Of a stretch of DNA of 64,000 bases, positions 1 to 13,667 are shown in pieces. The notes under the pieces were generated by a model, which worked only from the letters and a program-made list of their open reading frames with translations, was not told the origin of the DNA and searched no databases. The translations under genes and the position numbers were made by a program. Every line of letters begins with the position of its first letter. The stretch's first letter is position 1. The stretch is from Antechinus flavipes. Lineage: Eukaryota. The stretch lies in the NCBI RefSeq assembly GCF_016432865.1, contig NC_067401.1, positions 359,786,001 to 359,850,000 of the forward strand. Direction: 5' to 3'.

Positions 1-474
1 GGGGAAAACAAGTTTACACTTTTGATTTGCTCAACAATTTTTCTATCCTCTTTTGTAAATTATTCCCAATGTAAGATTATAATTATTGATTTACTAAATT
101 AAAAGAAAAAAATCATCATCATTAGGCCTAATTATTTGTCCCTTGGATTTCAGAATCTAACTATTTATTTATAAAAGATCAAAGTACGCCACTCCTTTGG
201 TGGTTTCTTTGTTTGAGGTAATAGGTAAAGGAAAGAGAATGAGAAGTATATTTTGTTTCTGACTTAATAACTCTTATCCTCAATGATAGGGTAGCTCTTT
301 GCATAGATCTAGGATCTTAGAGATGCTCATCCTTTCTAGTCCAACACCCAATTCTGTTCGTGAACTTAAATGATTTTCCCAAGTCTATGTAGGTAGTGAT
401 ATTAGAATGTAGATTGTAATTTAACTCGCTTCACTCAAAATGAAGTGGGGTATGTGAATGTGAGTATGGTGTTA

Positions 475-498
475 GTGTGTGTGTGTGTGTGTGTGTGT
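475..498 (+). repeat. (GT)12 microsatellite
   Basis: Direct reading. Confidence 0.95.
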
Positions 499-1249
499 AT
501 GCACACACAAACACACATATAAATATTTTTAAAACAGCCTTTTTTTAGAGGGAATTCAAAGTAAAAGACACAATTTTCAATTTTAATTTTAAGTAGTAAA
601 AATTCCTGCCATTATGTAACTTCATTAGGTATTTTCGTACTGTAGAATGTATCACATTTAGACAACATATTTGTGTTTGTGTGTGTGTATGTGTGTGTGT
701 CCCTCTTTTTAAACACTTTCTACATTTTCACCTTTATTTTTATGTTTTCTTTTATTTCTTTGTGCATATTTGTATTTTTGTGATTGATTTTTTTTTTCTT
801 GCAATAATAAATAGGTTCTCTGCCCCACCCCACCTCACAAACTCTGTACTTAGGAGACCTGGAATGCTGTTAACAGACTGAATTCTAGTCCTTTGAAAAT
901 TTAATCTTGATGATAAATACGTACTTTGTAGGAAAAAATAACAACCCTTAGGAGTCAGACTTCAAACCAAAGTCTCCTTCTTTTTTGCACTACAATCATT
1001 CTGAGTTGTCATTGATAGAGCATCTCATTGATAGAACAGTGATGCTGTTTTCAACTGATCCATACCTCCTCCTCATCTGTTATTTGTGTCTGTATTGTCT
1101 TTTTTTTTCCAGTGGGTCTTTATAGCAATAGTGCTAGGGGTATGTATATGTGTGTGTGTTTGACTTTTATCTCATTCTTTTTTCCCCCTTTTTCCTTTCT
1201 CTTCTTCCTTCCTTCCCTCCCTCCCTTTCCTCCTCCCTTCTTTCTGTCT

Positions 1250-1915
1250 CTTTTTTTCATGTGTAAAATTTTAAAAATCTTTTAAATTTTGAATTCACAA
1301 TTCTTTCAACAACAACAAAAATGTGTACTTTGATCTGTAACCCAGATTTCCTCAGTTTTTTCTCTGATGGTGGATGTGGATAACATATTTCATCATCAAT
1401 CTTCAGAATAGCTAAGTCATTTACAGTTGATCATTGTATGATAATGCTACTATTGTGTATAATGTTTTCTTAGTTTTACTTCATTCTATATTAGTTCATG
1501 AAAGTCTTCCCTGGTTTTTCTGACAGCATCCTGCTGATCAATTCTTAATGTACAGTAGTATTCAATAACAATCATAATATACCACAAATTCATCCATTCC
1601 TTAATTGATGATAATCCCTTCAGTTTTCAATTCTTTGACACCACAGAAAAAGCTAATATATATTTGCACATAATAGAGTCTTTTCCTTCTTTGATTTCTT
1701 TGAGGTAATAGACATAACATTGGTATTGCTGAGTCAAAGGGTATTGATAGATTTTTTACTTATATCCTTTGGGGCATTGTTTCAAATTGCTCTCCAAAAT
1801 GGTTGGATCAGTGCATTAGCTTCCAACTTTCCCCATATTCCCTTCAGCATTTGTCATTTTCCTTGTCTGTTATATTAGTAAACCTGATTATTGTGAGGTA
1901 GAACTTCAGAAGCAA
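1250..1915 (-). mobile_element. Old L1 fragment (ORF2 end and 3'UTR), degenerate
   Basis: Shares motifs (tcaaagggtat, ttcaaattgctctccaaaatgg) with the younger L1 copies in this window; many indels. Confidence 0.75.
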
Positions 1916-2453
1916 CTCTTATTACCATTTCCAAGAACAAATTATTTTCTATTTACATGAAACTTCTTAAATCTTTTGAGTTTTATTTATAATGAAAATG
2001 GAAACTTCTTGGTTGTTGGAAAAGAGATTCATATTTAGAGTAACATCAGCTAAATTGATTTTGTTTGCTGGTAGTCCAAAAAGCTGTTTGATTAAAACTT
2101 TCTACCTCATTTCTACTATACTCACTACATAGGCATAAGGACTATTCTGTGTTTTTTTATTTGTTTTTACCCTTCTTGAAGTTATTAAAGAATTCAAAAA
2201 CAAGTGACCAGCTTAGTAGTGGTCATCCTTTCCATTATACACCTATAGACCTATCCTCAAGCAGCAGACCAAAGCTGTATAAAATGCAGAAGTTTGTACT
2301 CTATTGGTTTACCCTTCAGTAAACCAGGATCATCTGGAAGACATAATGTAAGCATTGGTGTAGAACTGTTGTTGAGAATTGCATTTGGTAGTAGAAACTA
2401 TATATTATCATTGACTTTTAGATGAAGGTTTTCTTTTCATTTCCTTGACACAG

Positions 2454-2548
2454 ATGGTTCTGATTCCAGAGATAAACCAAAACTTTACCGTCTACAATTA
2501 AGTATCACTGAAGTTGGAACAGAAAAATTTGATGAGAACTCCATTCAG
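2454..2548 (+). CDS. AFDN: AFDN exon, 95 nt, (D)GSDSRDKPKLYRLQLSITEVGTEKFDENSIQ, start of FHA region
   Basis: cag acceptor 2451-2453, donor gtgagc at 2549; phase 1 to 0. Confidence 0.97.
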
Positions 2549-2614
2549 GTGAGCAAAGCTATTGACGTCTTTATCATTTGATTTGAAATTATGATATAAA
2601 GAAAAAAAAATTAA

Positions 2615-2757
2615 GGGCAGCTAGGTGGCGCAGTGGGTAGAGCACTAATCCTGAAGTCAGGAGAAGCTGAATTCAATCTGGTCTCAGACGCTTAACACTT
2701 CCTATATGTGCGACCTTGGGCAAGTCACTTAACCCTCATTGCCTAAGCAAAAAAAGG
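2615..2757 (+). mobile_element. WSINE1-like tRNA-derived CORE-SINE
   Basis: gggcagctaggtggcgcagtgg head with A box, B-box-like gaattcaatc, core ccttgggcaagtcacttaac, A tail. Confidence 0.9.
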
Positions 2758-3128
2758 AAACGAAAAAAAGTTTATTATGGTCTTCCATTGCTATTTAATT
2801 GATAATCTTTTTGGTGCGTGCTTTGCAGATTAAAATCTAAAATATACTTTCACTATCATTTTGCTTAATACCATACTAACATTTGAAGATTAATTTAGAT
2901 TTAATGGCCAAAGTTTTCTTCATTCAGCTACATCTGGATTATTATCTTGATTTTATTTTTTGTGAAATTGTCACATTAATATATACATGAATTGGTTCTT
3001 ACAAAGTTTAGTCTTTGTTGTAATTTATGTGGAAATATGCATTATCATGATATATCTGGTAAGATGAATACACACACACACACACACATACACACACACA
3101 TACATACACATGTTGAAAATAAGCTTTA

Positions 3129-3279
3129 GGGGGCAGCTAGGTGGCACAGTGGATAGAGTACCAGCCCTAAAGTCAGGAGGACCTGAGTTCAAATCTGACC
3201 TCAGATATTTATCCACCTCCTACCTGTGTGACCTTGGGCAAGTCACTTAACTCCAGTTGCCTCAGCCAAAAAAAGAAAA
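3129..3279 (+). mobile_element. WSINE1-like SINE with AAGCTTT target-site duplication
   Basis: A box, B box gagttcaaatc, A tail; aagcttt at 3121-3127 and 3280-3286. Confidence 0.92.
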
Positions 3280-3329
3280 AAGCTTTTGACAAAATTGTTT
3301 TCAAGAGTAAATAAAAATGAATTTAATTG

Positions 3330-3448
3330 AATTACTTGCCATTTAGGGATGGAAGGGGAAGAAATTGAAATACAAGATTTTGTGAGGATCAAGGTTGAAA
3401 AAATATCCTTACATATGTTTTAAAAATAAAAAGTTTCAATAAAAAAAA
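3330..3448 (+). mobile_element. L1 3'UTR tail, sense orientation
   Basis: Reverse complement of the ends of the minus-strand L1s in the window; AATAAA at 3425 and 3438. Confidence 0.7.
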
Positions 3449-3568
3449 TTTAGTTACTTTGATGATATATTTGTTGTTAAAAATTCAGAAGTATAAATAC
3501 TATATAGAATAATGATGAAAGTTTATTGACTTTTTTTTTTACACTTTTTTTATGTGATTTAAATTTAG

Positions 3569-3831
3569 TTGTTTGGTCCAGGAATTCAGCCTCACCATTG
3601 TGACTTAACAAATATGGATGGAGTTGTTACAGTTACTCCTAGAAATATTGATGCGGAGACCTATGTGGAAGGGCAACGTATCTCAGAGACAACTATGTTG
3701 CAGAGTGGCATGAAGGTTCAGTTTGGGACGTCTCATGTATTTAAATTTGTAGGCCCCAGTCAAGATCATATCATTGCCAAAAGAGCTATGGATGGAGGCC
3801 TGATGGTTAAAGGTCCAAGGCATAAACCTGG
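3569..3831 (+). CDS. AFDN: AFDN exon, 263 nt, LFGPGIQPHHCDLTNMDG...KGPRHKP(G), FHA domain
   Basis: ag at 3567-3568, donor gtaaac at 3832; matches ORF 3569..3835; phase 0 to 2. Confidence 0.98.
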
Positions 3832-5783
3832 GTAAACACTTTTTTATGATCCTATTCCATCTTTTTCATAAGACTGTGTTATTCTTATATTTTGTTGTTG
3901 AATGATAATTTATCAACCAAATTTACTTTTGCTATATTTTTTCTAATAGTGATTATAAATTTCCCTGATAGATACTACTTTTATTCTTTAGTCTTTCTTG
4001 TGACCAATTATATGCTTTTTAAAGAACTGACTAGAGCTAGAGTTGAAAATAGTAGAACTTAATTCTTCATAATGTGAAACATAATCATTTATATTGGTTT
4101 ATTAGACTGTGCAGCTATGGACATCCCAATCATAGTTAATGGACTCAACTAAAATATTTCATTTTATGTAAATACAATTCATGGGTATAATTAAATTGAA
4201 ATTTTTTTTATCATTATGCATTTAGAGAAAGTTTATTAAGAAAACTTTTTTCTGCTTGGGTTTCTTAGAAATGCATTTTCAGAAGTAAATATGTAATGTT
4301 AATTATTTGAAATACTTCAATTCCCTTTTGTCCTTTTTTCCCCTGAACTTGGCTCTTGTTTTTATTTCTTAAATTGTCAAAAAGACTTTTCCAAAATTTA
4401 ATTCAAGTTATGATGATTGATTTGTGGTGAATGTTCTAGCAATATTCTTCATAGCTTTTATACTAGTTTTTATAAAATAGTAGAACTGCAGCAAAAGGTT
4501 CTAACAGATTACATATTATAAATGGAATATAGGGAATAGAGAAACACATAGAAAATGATATAATTAGAACATCTCTAATGAATACAGTGACTAATACCTG
4601 GAATTTTTCTAGGAATCCACTGATTTAGAAGGCAGTTTGCCCCAGAAATGTCAATATAGTAAACATAATATAAATATACAAATGTTATTTATTTGACAAT
4701 TTGTATTATAAATAGTATCAACGTAAATACTTTATTTAATCTAGGGTTATTTAGATGCTGGACTCTTGTTGTTACTTGTCTGTTCTACTCTTACCCTACT
4801 CATCATACTACAGAGTATTTTTAAAGCAGGTATGAAAAAAAACTTTCTTTTAGTTATATTTACTGTTGTCATTCTCCCAAGATAATTGTCTTAAATAGGT
4901 TACCTCTTATCCCCAACTAACTGAATATGTTGGAGATAACATATTGGCTCTAAAATTCTATTGGCTCTAAAAGTCATATATTATACTTCTCACTTTTCCA
5001 AGTCCTTTTAGTTCAGAAAATGCTTTCAACTCTTAATTCACTTCTGTATTTGTGACTACTAGGATAATAGTTTATATATATTCTCAACTGCCATTATACA
5101 TCCTTTTATATCTGTTTCTGTCCTGAAATCCTACTATTACTTTTCACTTATTTCTTTAAAAAATTCAGTTAACTTTGTAATAAATAAGTTGAAACTCCTA
5201 ATATTCTTTCTACATTTTCCATATGATATAGATTCTAAATTTTTTTTTACAATAGGAAAATGAAAAAGTGCTAAATGGAGTCATGAGAGGAAAGAGCACT
5301 AAATTTGAAGCTGCAAAACTTGGATTCTGATCCTTGATTTTTCCTTGGACAAATCACATAACCATTGAGTTTTAATTTTTTTTATAAAATAAAACTTGCT
5401 AACTTGTAGGATCATTATGAGAATTAAATGCAAAATTTTAACATACTTTAAATATTATTATTATTAGTCATAGGTAGATTCCTTGTGCCTGATGAAGGGT
5501 ATCAGTTTCCTTATCCACAGAGTGGGTGGTGATCATAATTGCCATATAGGAATAGAAATAAAGACTAGCTAAACCCCTAATTTCATTTGTTTTGGAGCTC
5601 CCAGAGGAAGAAACTTGCTGAGCAAAGGTAGTTTTTGTTTGTTTGTTTTTTGCAACTTTTATTAGTTATTGAGTTTATTATATCAGAGTTGTCTAAAACA
5701 TTTAGAAGTTAAGTAACTTGTCTAGGTTCATATACCCATTATGTATTAAAGGAGGAATTCAAAATCACATTTTCACATATATA

Positions 5784-5920
5784 TTTTGCTGAGGCAATTG
5801 GGGTTAAGTGACTTGGCCAGGTCACACAGCTAGGAAGTGGTAAGTGTCTGAGGCCAGATTTGAATTCATGTCCTCCTTACTTCAGGACTGGTACTCTTGG
5901 ACTGCACCACTTAGCTGCCT
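5784..5920 (-). mobile_element. WSINE1-like SINE
   Basis: gctgaggcaattggggttaagtgactt...tttgaattc...ttagctgcc is the reverse complement of the other copies. Confidence 0.9.
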
Positions 5921-6170
5921 CATCTTGCTATATTTTCTATTCCTGTAGTCAAGTTGTATTCATTACACCTCTTTCAATGGCTTCCTATTGCATACAAAAT
6001 TGTGGAATGTTTTAGTTTAAAGAAACTCTACCCAGCATCTAGATCAAATCATATCAGAAAAAAGAATTTGATACACTAATGATCATCAAGAGCATTTAAA
6101 CAACTCCAAAAGAGAGGAAAGCCATTATGATGTGTTAAGGATCCCATTCTACTTTTAGAGGGACCAGGTT

Positions 6171-7533
6171 TTTTTTTTTAATTAAAACTTTTTATTTTTC
6201 AAAACATATGTCTGGACAATTCTTCCATATTAGTCCCCTTGCAAAACCTTTTCCCCCCTTCCTCCACACCCTCCCCTAGATGACAAGTAGTCCAATATAT
6301 GTTAAACATGGTAGAAATACATGTTAAATCCTTTAGATGCATACATATTTATACAATTATTGTACAGCAAAAGAAAAAAAAAGAGAAGTAAAATAAAATG
6401 GAAGCAAACAACAAGAAGGGTGAAAATACTATGTTGTGAACCACACTCAGATCTCACAGTCTTCTCTCTGAGTGTGGATGGCTTTCTTCATCACTGAACA
6501 ATTGAAACTCATTTAAATCATCTCATTGTTGAAGAGAGCCACGTCCATCAAAATTGATCATCATATAATCTTCTTGTTGCTATATATAATGATTTCCTGA
6601 TCTGCTCATTTCACTTCACATCTGGTCATGTTAAGTTTCTCCAGGCCTCTCTTGAAATCGTCCTGCTGGTTGTTTCTTATAGAACAATAATATTCCATAT
6701 CATTCATATGCCATAATTTATTCAGCCATTCTCTGATGGATGGCCATCCACTCAGTTTCCAGTTTCTTGCCACTACAAAAAGGGCTGCCACAAACATTTT
6801 TGGACATATGGGTTCTTTTCCTTCCTTTAATATCTCTTTGGGATATAAGAAACACTGTTGGGTCAAAGGGTATGCACAGTTTGATAACTTTTTGAGCATA
6901 GTTCCAAATGGCTCTCCAGAATCCATTCACAGTTCCACCAACAATTTATCAGTGTCCCAGTTTTCTCACATCCCCTCCAACATTCGTCTTTATCTTTTCC
7001 TGTCATCTTAGTCAGTCTGACAGGTGTGTGGTGGTATCTCAGAGTTGTCTTAATTTGCATTTCTCTGATCAGTAGTAATTAGGAGCATCTTTTCATATGA
7101 CTAGAAATAGTTTCAATTTTTTCATCTGAAAATTGTCTGTTCATATCCTTTGAACATTTGTCTTTGGAAAATGGCTTTAATTCTTATAACTTTGAGTTAA
7201 TTCTCTAATATATTTTAGAAATGAGACCTTTATCAGAACCTTTGAATATAAAAGTGTTTTCCCAGTTTATTGCTTTCCTTCTAATCTTGTCTGCATTGCT
7301 TTTGTTTCTACAAAAACTTTAACTTATTATAATCAGAATTATCTGTTTTGTGATCAGTAATGATCTCTAGTTCTTTGGTCACAAATTCCTTCCTCCTCCA
7401 CAGATCTGAGAGGTGTTCTATGTTCTATACTATGCTCTTCTGATTTGTTTATAATATCATTCGTTATGTCTAGATCATGAACCCTTATCTTTGTGGGTCA
7501 TTGCCTAGTTTCTGTCATACTAATTTCCAATTT
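6171..7533 (-). mobile_element. 5'-truncated L1, about 1.36 kb, with degenerate TSD
   Basis: Poly-T at 6169; ORF2 C-terminal peptides in ORFs 6606..6926, 6718..6930 and 6863..7060 (ECWRGCEKTGTLINCWWNC); TSD gagggaccaggtt 6158-6170 vs gaaggaccagatt 7534-7546. Confidence 0.95.
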
Positions 7534-7559
7534 GAAGGACCAGATTCTTAAGAAAAAAT

Positions 7560-7705
7560 TTCCTCTTTGCAACTTGTATCCATTGTTCTGCCTTTTGGAG
7601 CCAAGCAGAAGAAATCTAAACCTTCTTGCATGTGACAGTTTTTCATGTACTTAAAAGTAGTTGTCAGGTCCCCCTGTATCTGCTGTTTACTAGGCTAAAC
7701 ATTTG
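7560..7705 (-). mobile_element. CR1/L3 LINE fragment
   Basis: ttttggagccaagcagaa...ggctaaaca resembles recalled L3 3' consensus and the reverse complement of 53640-53760. Confidence 0.65.
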
Positions 7706-8929
7706 GTGGGGGGAGGAACAAAACCTTATGCATAGGCAAATAAAACAAATATTGGCCATTCCTAAAAATAGAGTTCTCTTTCATCTTTGTAGTGCCTAAC
7801 CTCATTGTCAGGAGGTGGGTATCACCCATTGGTTTTTGCACTGAACAGTTTTTCTGATTGATTGCTCAGAACTCTAACATATTAGGTATATTTGGTATAA
7901 ACCAAAAAGTTTTTGAGAAATATTTATCTTTACAATAATGGCAATCCAGAACTAAACACTACTCTGTTGCTTCCTATTATCTTCTTTCTCCCTATTTTCC
8001 TTTCTTATCTTGTCTTATAATATATCCTTTCAAAGCTTTATTATAATTATGGGCTGCATTCTACCAATTCTCAGTGATATTTCTGTGATCAGATTTACCT
8101 TGCATTAAATTTTTTAGGCCATCTTGTTCACATTGTGCGTTTGATTTTTAGCTTTGGGACCCTACAAAATTTTTTACTTTCAGTTCTAAACTTAAAAGTC
8201 ATCTGTACAGCCATTCTTTGTACATACAGTTATTTTCATTGATATTTAGCTTGGGAATACATAACTTTTCTCCCCTTCCCTATACATCTTAATAAGATTT
8301 TCAATACCAACACAATTTCTACTAAGCATTGCTATTTGTGTTTGTTTATATTTTAAGTCATAACTTAACTAAACTAAACTTTGTTTATATTTTAAGTCAA
8401 ACCCAAACTCCTCTCCAGTATCAAGTTTTATCTGTTCCTTTCCCAAGTCTACTTTAGGAAGGCCTTTCTTTCAGTGTTGAAAATAACATTTGTGCCATTA
8501 AGGTCTTCAATTTTTTGCCCAAGACTCCCTAATTTGAAGAATGCTTTCTGAGTTATTTTTGAGTATAATCTCTGTCCACATGAATCATCAGCTCCAGATA
8601 TAAGCCTTGGAAAAGACAGCTTGACCTTGCTACTATCAGCTTAATTAAAACAACAGCCACAAACCTCTTCTCATCAGGGAATCACCAACCACCTCTAAAT
8701 CATCTCTTCTTTCTCTGACCTTTACTGAATATTCTCTTAACTGATAGCACCTATGGTCCACATTATTATTCCTTAGAGAATAAGCAGCTTCTTCAAACAA
8801 TTCGTCTCCTTTCTTTCTTGGAAAGGCTATATATTTGTTAGCTTTCTACCCATTAGCACTCACTTAAATGTAACAATTAATTTAGACTAATTTTCCTTTA
8901 GAATTTTCCTCTTAAAATAGTATTAAGAT

Positions 8930-9240
8930 AATAGACTTAGAGCTAGAAGAGATGTTAGGAATCATATAATTGAAGGGTTCTCAATAGGAAATCTAATACT
9001 TAGTTTTTAAACATTTTGGTAACATAATTGGTTTCCTTAAAATCCTTTGTACGTTATTTTGTGCATTTAAGAATTATTCAGAAAAAGGCCTATAGATTTG
9101 ACTTCCTCAGTGTGCAAAGGAGGCACAAAAAGGATTTAAAAGTCTATAATCTTTTATAATAAAAAAAGCTTAGATAAGATCACCCAGGGCGCAAAAGAGT
9201 AAGGATCTGAATCCAGGTTCTCTGGCTCTCAAGTCCAGTG
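8930..9240 (+). mobile_element. MIR-like SINE with an internal hAT-MITE-like cassette
   Basis: MIR-like ends (ttagagctagaagag...; gatcacccaggg...atctgaatccagg) around a cassette similar to 43870-44015. Confidence 0.45.
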
Positions 9241-9892
9241 TTCTTTGCATTCTATTCTACTGCAGACAGCTTTGTTTTTGTTAAAACTGATTTGGAGATT
9301 GGTCAATGGTTTTCCTTATGTATTTGGGATGTCAGTTTATGCTCAGAAAAAAATTTCATCATTCACATCTTTTGATTTTTCAACTGGATGTTATTCCTTT
9401 AACTTAATTCCTGTGATAGAAGAAAACAATTGGTTTTCTTTTAGTTTTTGTCTTTTGGGATCAATATATTATATATTCAAATGATCAGATTTGTAATAAA
9501 CAGATCTGTGTTAATCTTATGAAATAATTTTAGTCATTAACTTCAGTTCAGAAATTTAGATATTTTGAGATAGTCATAAATATTTAGATTTGCTGTTTAA
9601 AGGGAGAGTTTAGCAAATTTTGAAAGGTCTGGATTTCTGATTTTTCAATCTTCTCTTTAATGCCTTATTTTTACTCTAAATGGTGATTGTATAAGGTGGG
9701 ATGAGGTTATAGTAGTGAATATTTTGAGAGCCTTTTTGATTGGCTTGCTAAGTAGGCAGTATATTAATTTTTTGTAATGTTCTTTTTTTCCTTTGTAATT
9801 GTAAGATTTTCATCCAACCCCATCATTTTATAGTAGTTAATTACCTGAAGAGTTTAAGTATCTGGTCAAAAAAAGTAGCATAGTTCAGAGTT

Positions 9893-10073
9893 TTTCTTTT
9901 TCTTTTTTTTTTTTTTTTTTCTTTTTTTTTCTTTTTTTTTTTGGCTGAGGCAAGTTGAGACTTGCCCAGAGAGTCATACAGCTGGAAATGTTAAGTGTCT
10001 GAGGTCAGATTTGAACTCAGATTCTTCTGTCTTCAGGGTTGGTGCTCTATCCCCTGCGCCACCTAGCTGCTCC
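9893..10073 (-). mobile_element. WSINE1-like SINE with a long T-rich tail
   Basis: Poly-T 9893-9942, agatttgaactc (B box), gcgccacctagctgc (A box). Confidence 0.9.
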
Positions 10074-10996
10074 CCATTGTTATTTTTTTAATGTGCTATT
10101 TATTTGATGACATGAAATATCACAAGAATAAAAAAAGAATTATACAATCTGTAAAGTATACTATACAGTAAATACTTTTAATGGAAGGAGTACTGGGCCC
10201 ATAGTCAGACCTGTTTTTGAGTTTTGCTTCCTTGATTATTTTAAGGTAGCACTGAACCTCAGTTCCTTTACCTTTAAAATGGGTACAATTAATACCATAG
10301 TATTATTATGTAGAAAATGATTCTAAGATTTATAGTGCTATAACTGAATTGATATTTAAATATCCATTTTGATGTTCCTTACTATAAGGAACAGTTTACA
10401 ATAAGTAAAAAGTATATAAATTCTCATTCTTGATCTAAGCCAAAATAGGAATAGAAATGTGTGTGTGTGTGTGTTTGTGTATATTTGTATTTTGTTATGT
10501 GTTTTATATTAATGCTACTTTTGTGTTATGGAGAACCCATTATGCATCCATAATCTTCACATAGTATATAATATAGCTGGTGAATGCTAGAATACCACTG
10601 CCTTGCTGCAAGTGCACAAAAATATACATATACATCCCAAAAGACCAACTACATATGTACAATTCAGTTTCTCCTCATTCATACATATGCACAAATTTAA
10701 AAACTTTGATCTTGGGGAACTCATTTTGTCATGGAGATGGGAGTGGGGAAGAAAAAGGAACAACCCTCAAATGGAATTAGTTTTCCAAATGGCCACATAA
10801 TTAGTTACCCAACATGATTGGTTTTGTGTGGGCTTGGGAAAAAACTAGTTAGATCTGTCTATATGACTGACACAAGTAAAATGACATTTGTCCCAGTTTT
10901 AATTATTTCACATCTCACATTCAAAGACAAGTCACTTAACACGGATCTGTGAAATTTTTATTTTAATACATGTGGATTTTTAATTTCCCTCTCCAG

Positions 10997-11066
10997 AATT
11001 GTCCAGGAGACAACCTTTGATTTGGAAGGAGATATTCATAGTGGAACAGCAATACCTACCAGCAAG
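10997..11066 (+). CDS. AFDN: AFDN exon, 70 nt, IVQETTFDLEGDIHSGTAIPTSK
   Basis: ctctccag acceptor, donor gtaact at 11067; phase 2 to 0. Confidence 0.97.
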
Positions 11067-13548
11067 GTAACTGAGTATCTAACAGTACAGTGATGCATTT
11101 GTCCAAAATTAAACTGTTGAGACAATTAAGCTTTTTGTGCAAGACTTTGTTGTTGTTTTTTCCTGGATTTAGGATTTCATTGGTGTAGTTAACCAATACA
11201 TGTCTGTAGATGTTCTGCAATTTAGTCTTAGAGCCAGAAGCCGGGAGAAGTTAAGTGACTTCTGTAGTCATATGACCTACATGTATAGAAGGGCTACCCT
11301 GATTTGGAAGCCTCTATCTGTTCCTTTGGCATAGAACTTATTGATATATCAAAGCTGAAATGCCAAGAGGTTTCCTGCCAAAAATAACAACAACAGTTCA
11401 TGGTATCTGTAAGATTAAGAAAATGTTGTCTTATCTCTGTATAAGGGACCATCTTGCAGTTCTGTTCTATGACTTACCACAGGGGTAAGAATAAATTTAA
11501 TCTGCAGTGTTAAACAGATGGCATTCCCAATATTGTGCAGCATTGTAATTGACTTTCATTTGGCCAGGAGAGTTACTCTAGTACATCTCAGGAATGTTCT
11601 CTGAATCTTCTTTTCCCTCTTTGTAGAAATTTCCCTTTGTAGAAAAAGCTATGATATACTATTACATATGTAGCTAAAATTAGCTATCTCTTTCATAGTT
11701 ATAGATATATGAGAAATTTGTTTTGTAATATGTAATTACAAATAAGTGGAATTGGTGATCATTTCCTTTGTTGATATACTATTAAAAAACCATTTTGCAA
11801 AAACACTTTGAGTTCAAGGAGGCAGATAACTTTATTTTTTTGAACCCTTAAGTTCAGATTTAAACCAAAAATTATATGAAATCATTTTTAAAACATAATT
11901 CTCCATCCTTTGTCAATTTTTACTCCCTAAAACAGAACTACACCTAACAAATGCTTTTCATATTTGTCTTACTCTCCAACAGACTATCCAAAGAGAATTT
12001 TATTGTTTGTATTAAATATTATTGTTAAGATTTGATGTCTTCTTGCCATAATGCTATTCTTAATAAGTCATTTTTGTATTCAAATAAATTCACTAAAGTT
12101 TTCTAGAAAAATGAGTTGTAAGTTTTTTGCTTTATCTAATATGATCCTCTGACAATGTTTTGTTTTTAGTGGTATAAATATCAGGATGCTATGCTATTAA
12201 AATTTTTGCCTTCAGGTTTATTTCTAAATTGATTTAGCAGTTACTTGTATTCTTAATACAAGAAAGAATGGAAACTAACCCTAGAGCAGAGTAAGTGGTA
12301 TAAAAGATGTCTGAGCCTAAGGCTTGTAGTAAATTGTAAATTTTATTATAAATTTGGATAAATCTTGGTAGCTAAATATTGTCTCCATATTTCATAAATA
12401 ATAACTCCTGAATCTAGCCTCCATCATATATTCATCCTCTCTTACCTTCCCGTTCAAGTGCCACCCTATCCCACCGCTGTTGTGATATCAGAACGGGGAG
12501 AGTGAAACTGAGTGAGTCCCTAATGATTCTGGTTGTCTAAGACCGCACCATTAAGATATGGAAGGGCTGCCATTTCCAGTACATTTTATGTCCTATTTAA
12601 GTGGTGTGGTGATGTTTTTATTTGGTTTAATTTTAAATTTATAATTTAGGTTTTGACACTATACCTATAGCTCACTTAACTGAATAGAAGATGCATAATA
12701 AACTTGAATTGGATGTAATATTATTGTTTTTTGGGGTTTTTTTTGTAATAATAATGCATGTCTATCATAAGGGTTTGTTTATTTGTCTGGCTCCAAAATG
12801 TGATACCCTACTAAGATTTGCAACATTTTATTAATACATTTAATTCTCTGATATTGTCATTAAAAGTGTGTTTTATGGTAACATTTAAATGTACGAAATT
12901 TGTTTAGTCAAATCCTGCTTCTTAGGCATACAGTTTTAACAAAAACTGTATTTTCCCTGTATTTATTTAAGGACATAAAATAAGGCTGGGAAGACCCAAT
13001 TTTAGTACTAAGTAGTACTAAATACAGGTTAGTGCCCTGAGCCTTAGTTAGCAGGATTTTTGAAGCCCTCTAAAGAAAAACAGCTAAGTACCCTATATAT
13101 AATTGCACATATCTGGCAGGATATTCCTTGATTTTAAAAATACACACACACACATGCACACACACACAACACATTTCTTTTAGAAAAGTATGGCCAGAGT
13201 CATCTACTCATTGGGGAAAATAATAGCCCTGCTTTTAATATTTTGCATAAAAGAGTAGGTCTTGGGGCTTTAAAATTCCTGGTAGCATTTGGTCAGGAGC
13301 TGCAGCAAGTTGTTTTATTATGTTTTGAATGGCTAGTGTGCTCTTAGATATGTCCTGTCACTGTGGTCAGAACACCTGCTGCATTGCTGTATTATTTTTC
13401 TGGTCTGCATTCCCTACCTCTGCATTCCTTCCCTTGTCCTTCCCCTTTTGGCAGCCTTGAATCAATTCTTTACTCCTAATGATGAACACAAAGCTTGGTT
13501 GGTCTGCGTGGTCTGTTAAACTCACTCTTGTTTTCCTCTTTGACTTAG

Positions 13549-13667
13549 AGTACCACCAGACTGGACAGCGACAGGATATCATCAACATCGAGCACAGCAG
13601 AACGAGGGATGGTGAAGCCAATGATTAGAGTAGAGCAACAACAGGACTATAGAAGACAAGACAGCAG
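13549..13667 (+). CDS. AFDN: AFDN exon, 119 nt, STTRLDSDRISSTSSTAERGMVKPMIRVEQQQDYRRQDS(R)
   Basis: tag acceptor 13546-13548, donor gtaggt at 13668; phase 0 to 2. Confidence 0.97.

Noticed and set aside
13479-13548. C/D box snoRNA (ATGATGA at 13479)
   Set aside because: There is no CTGA D box or terminal stem before the exon.
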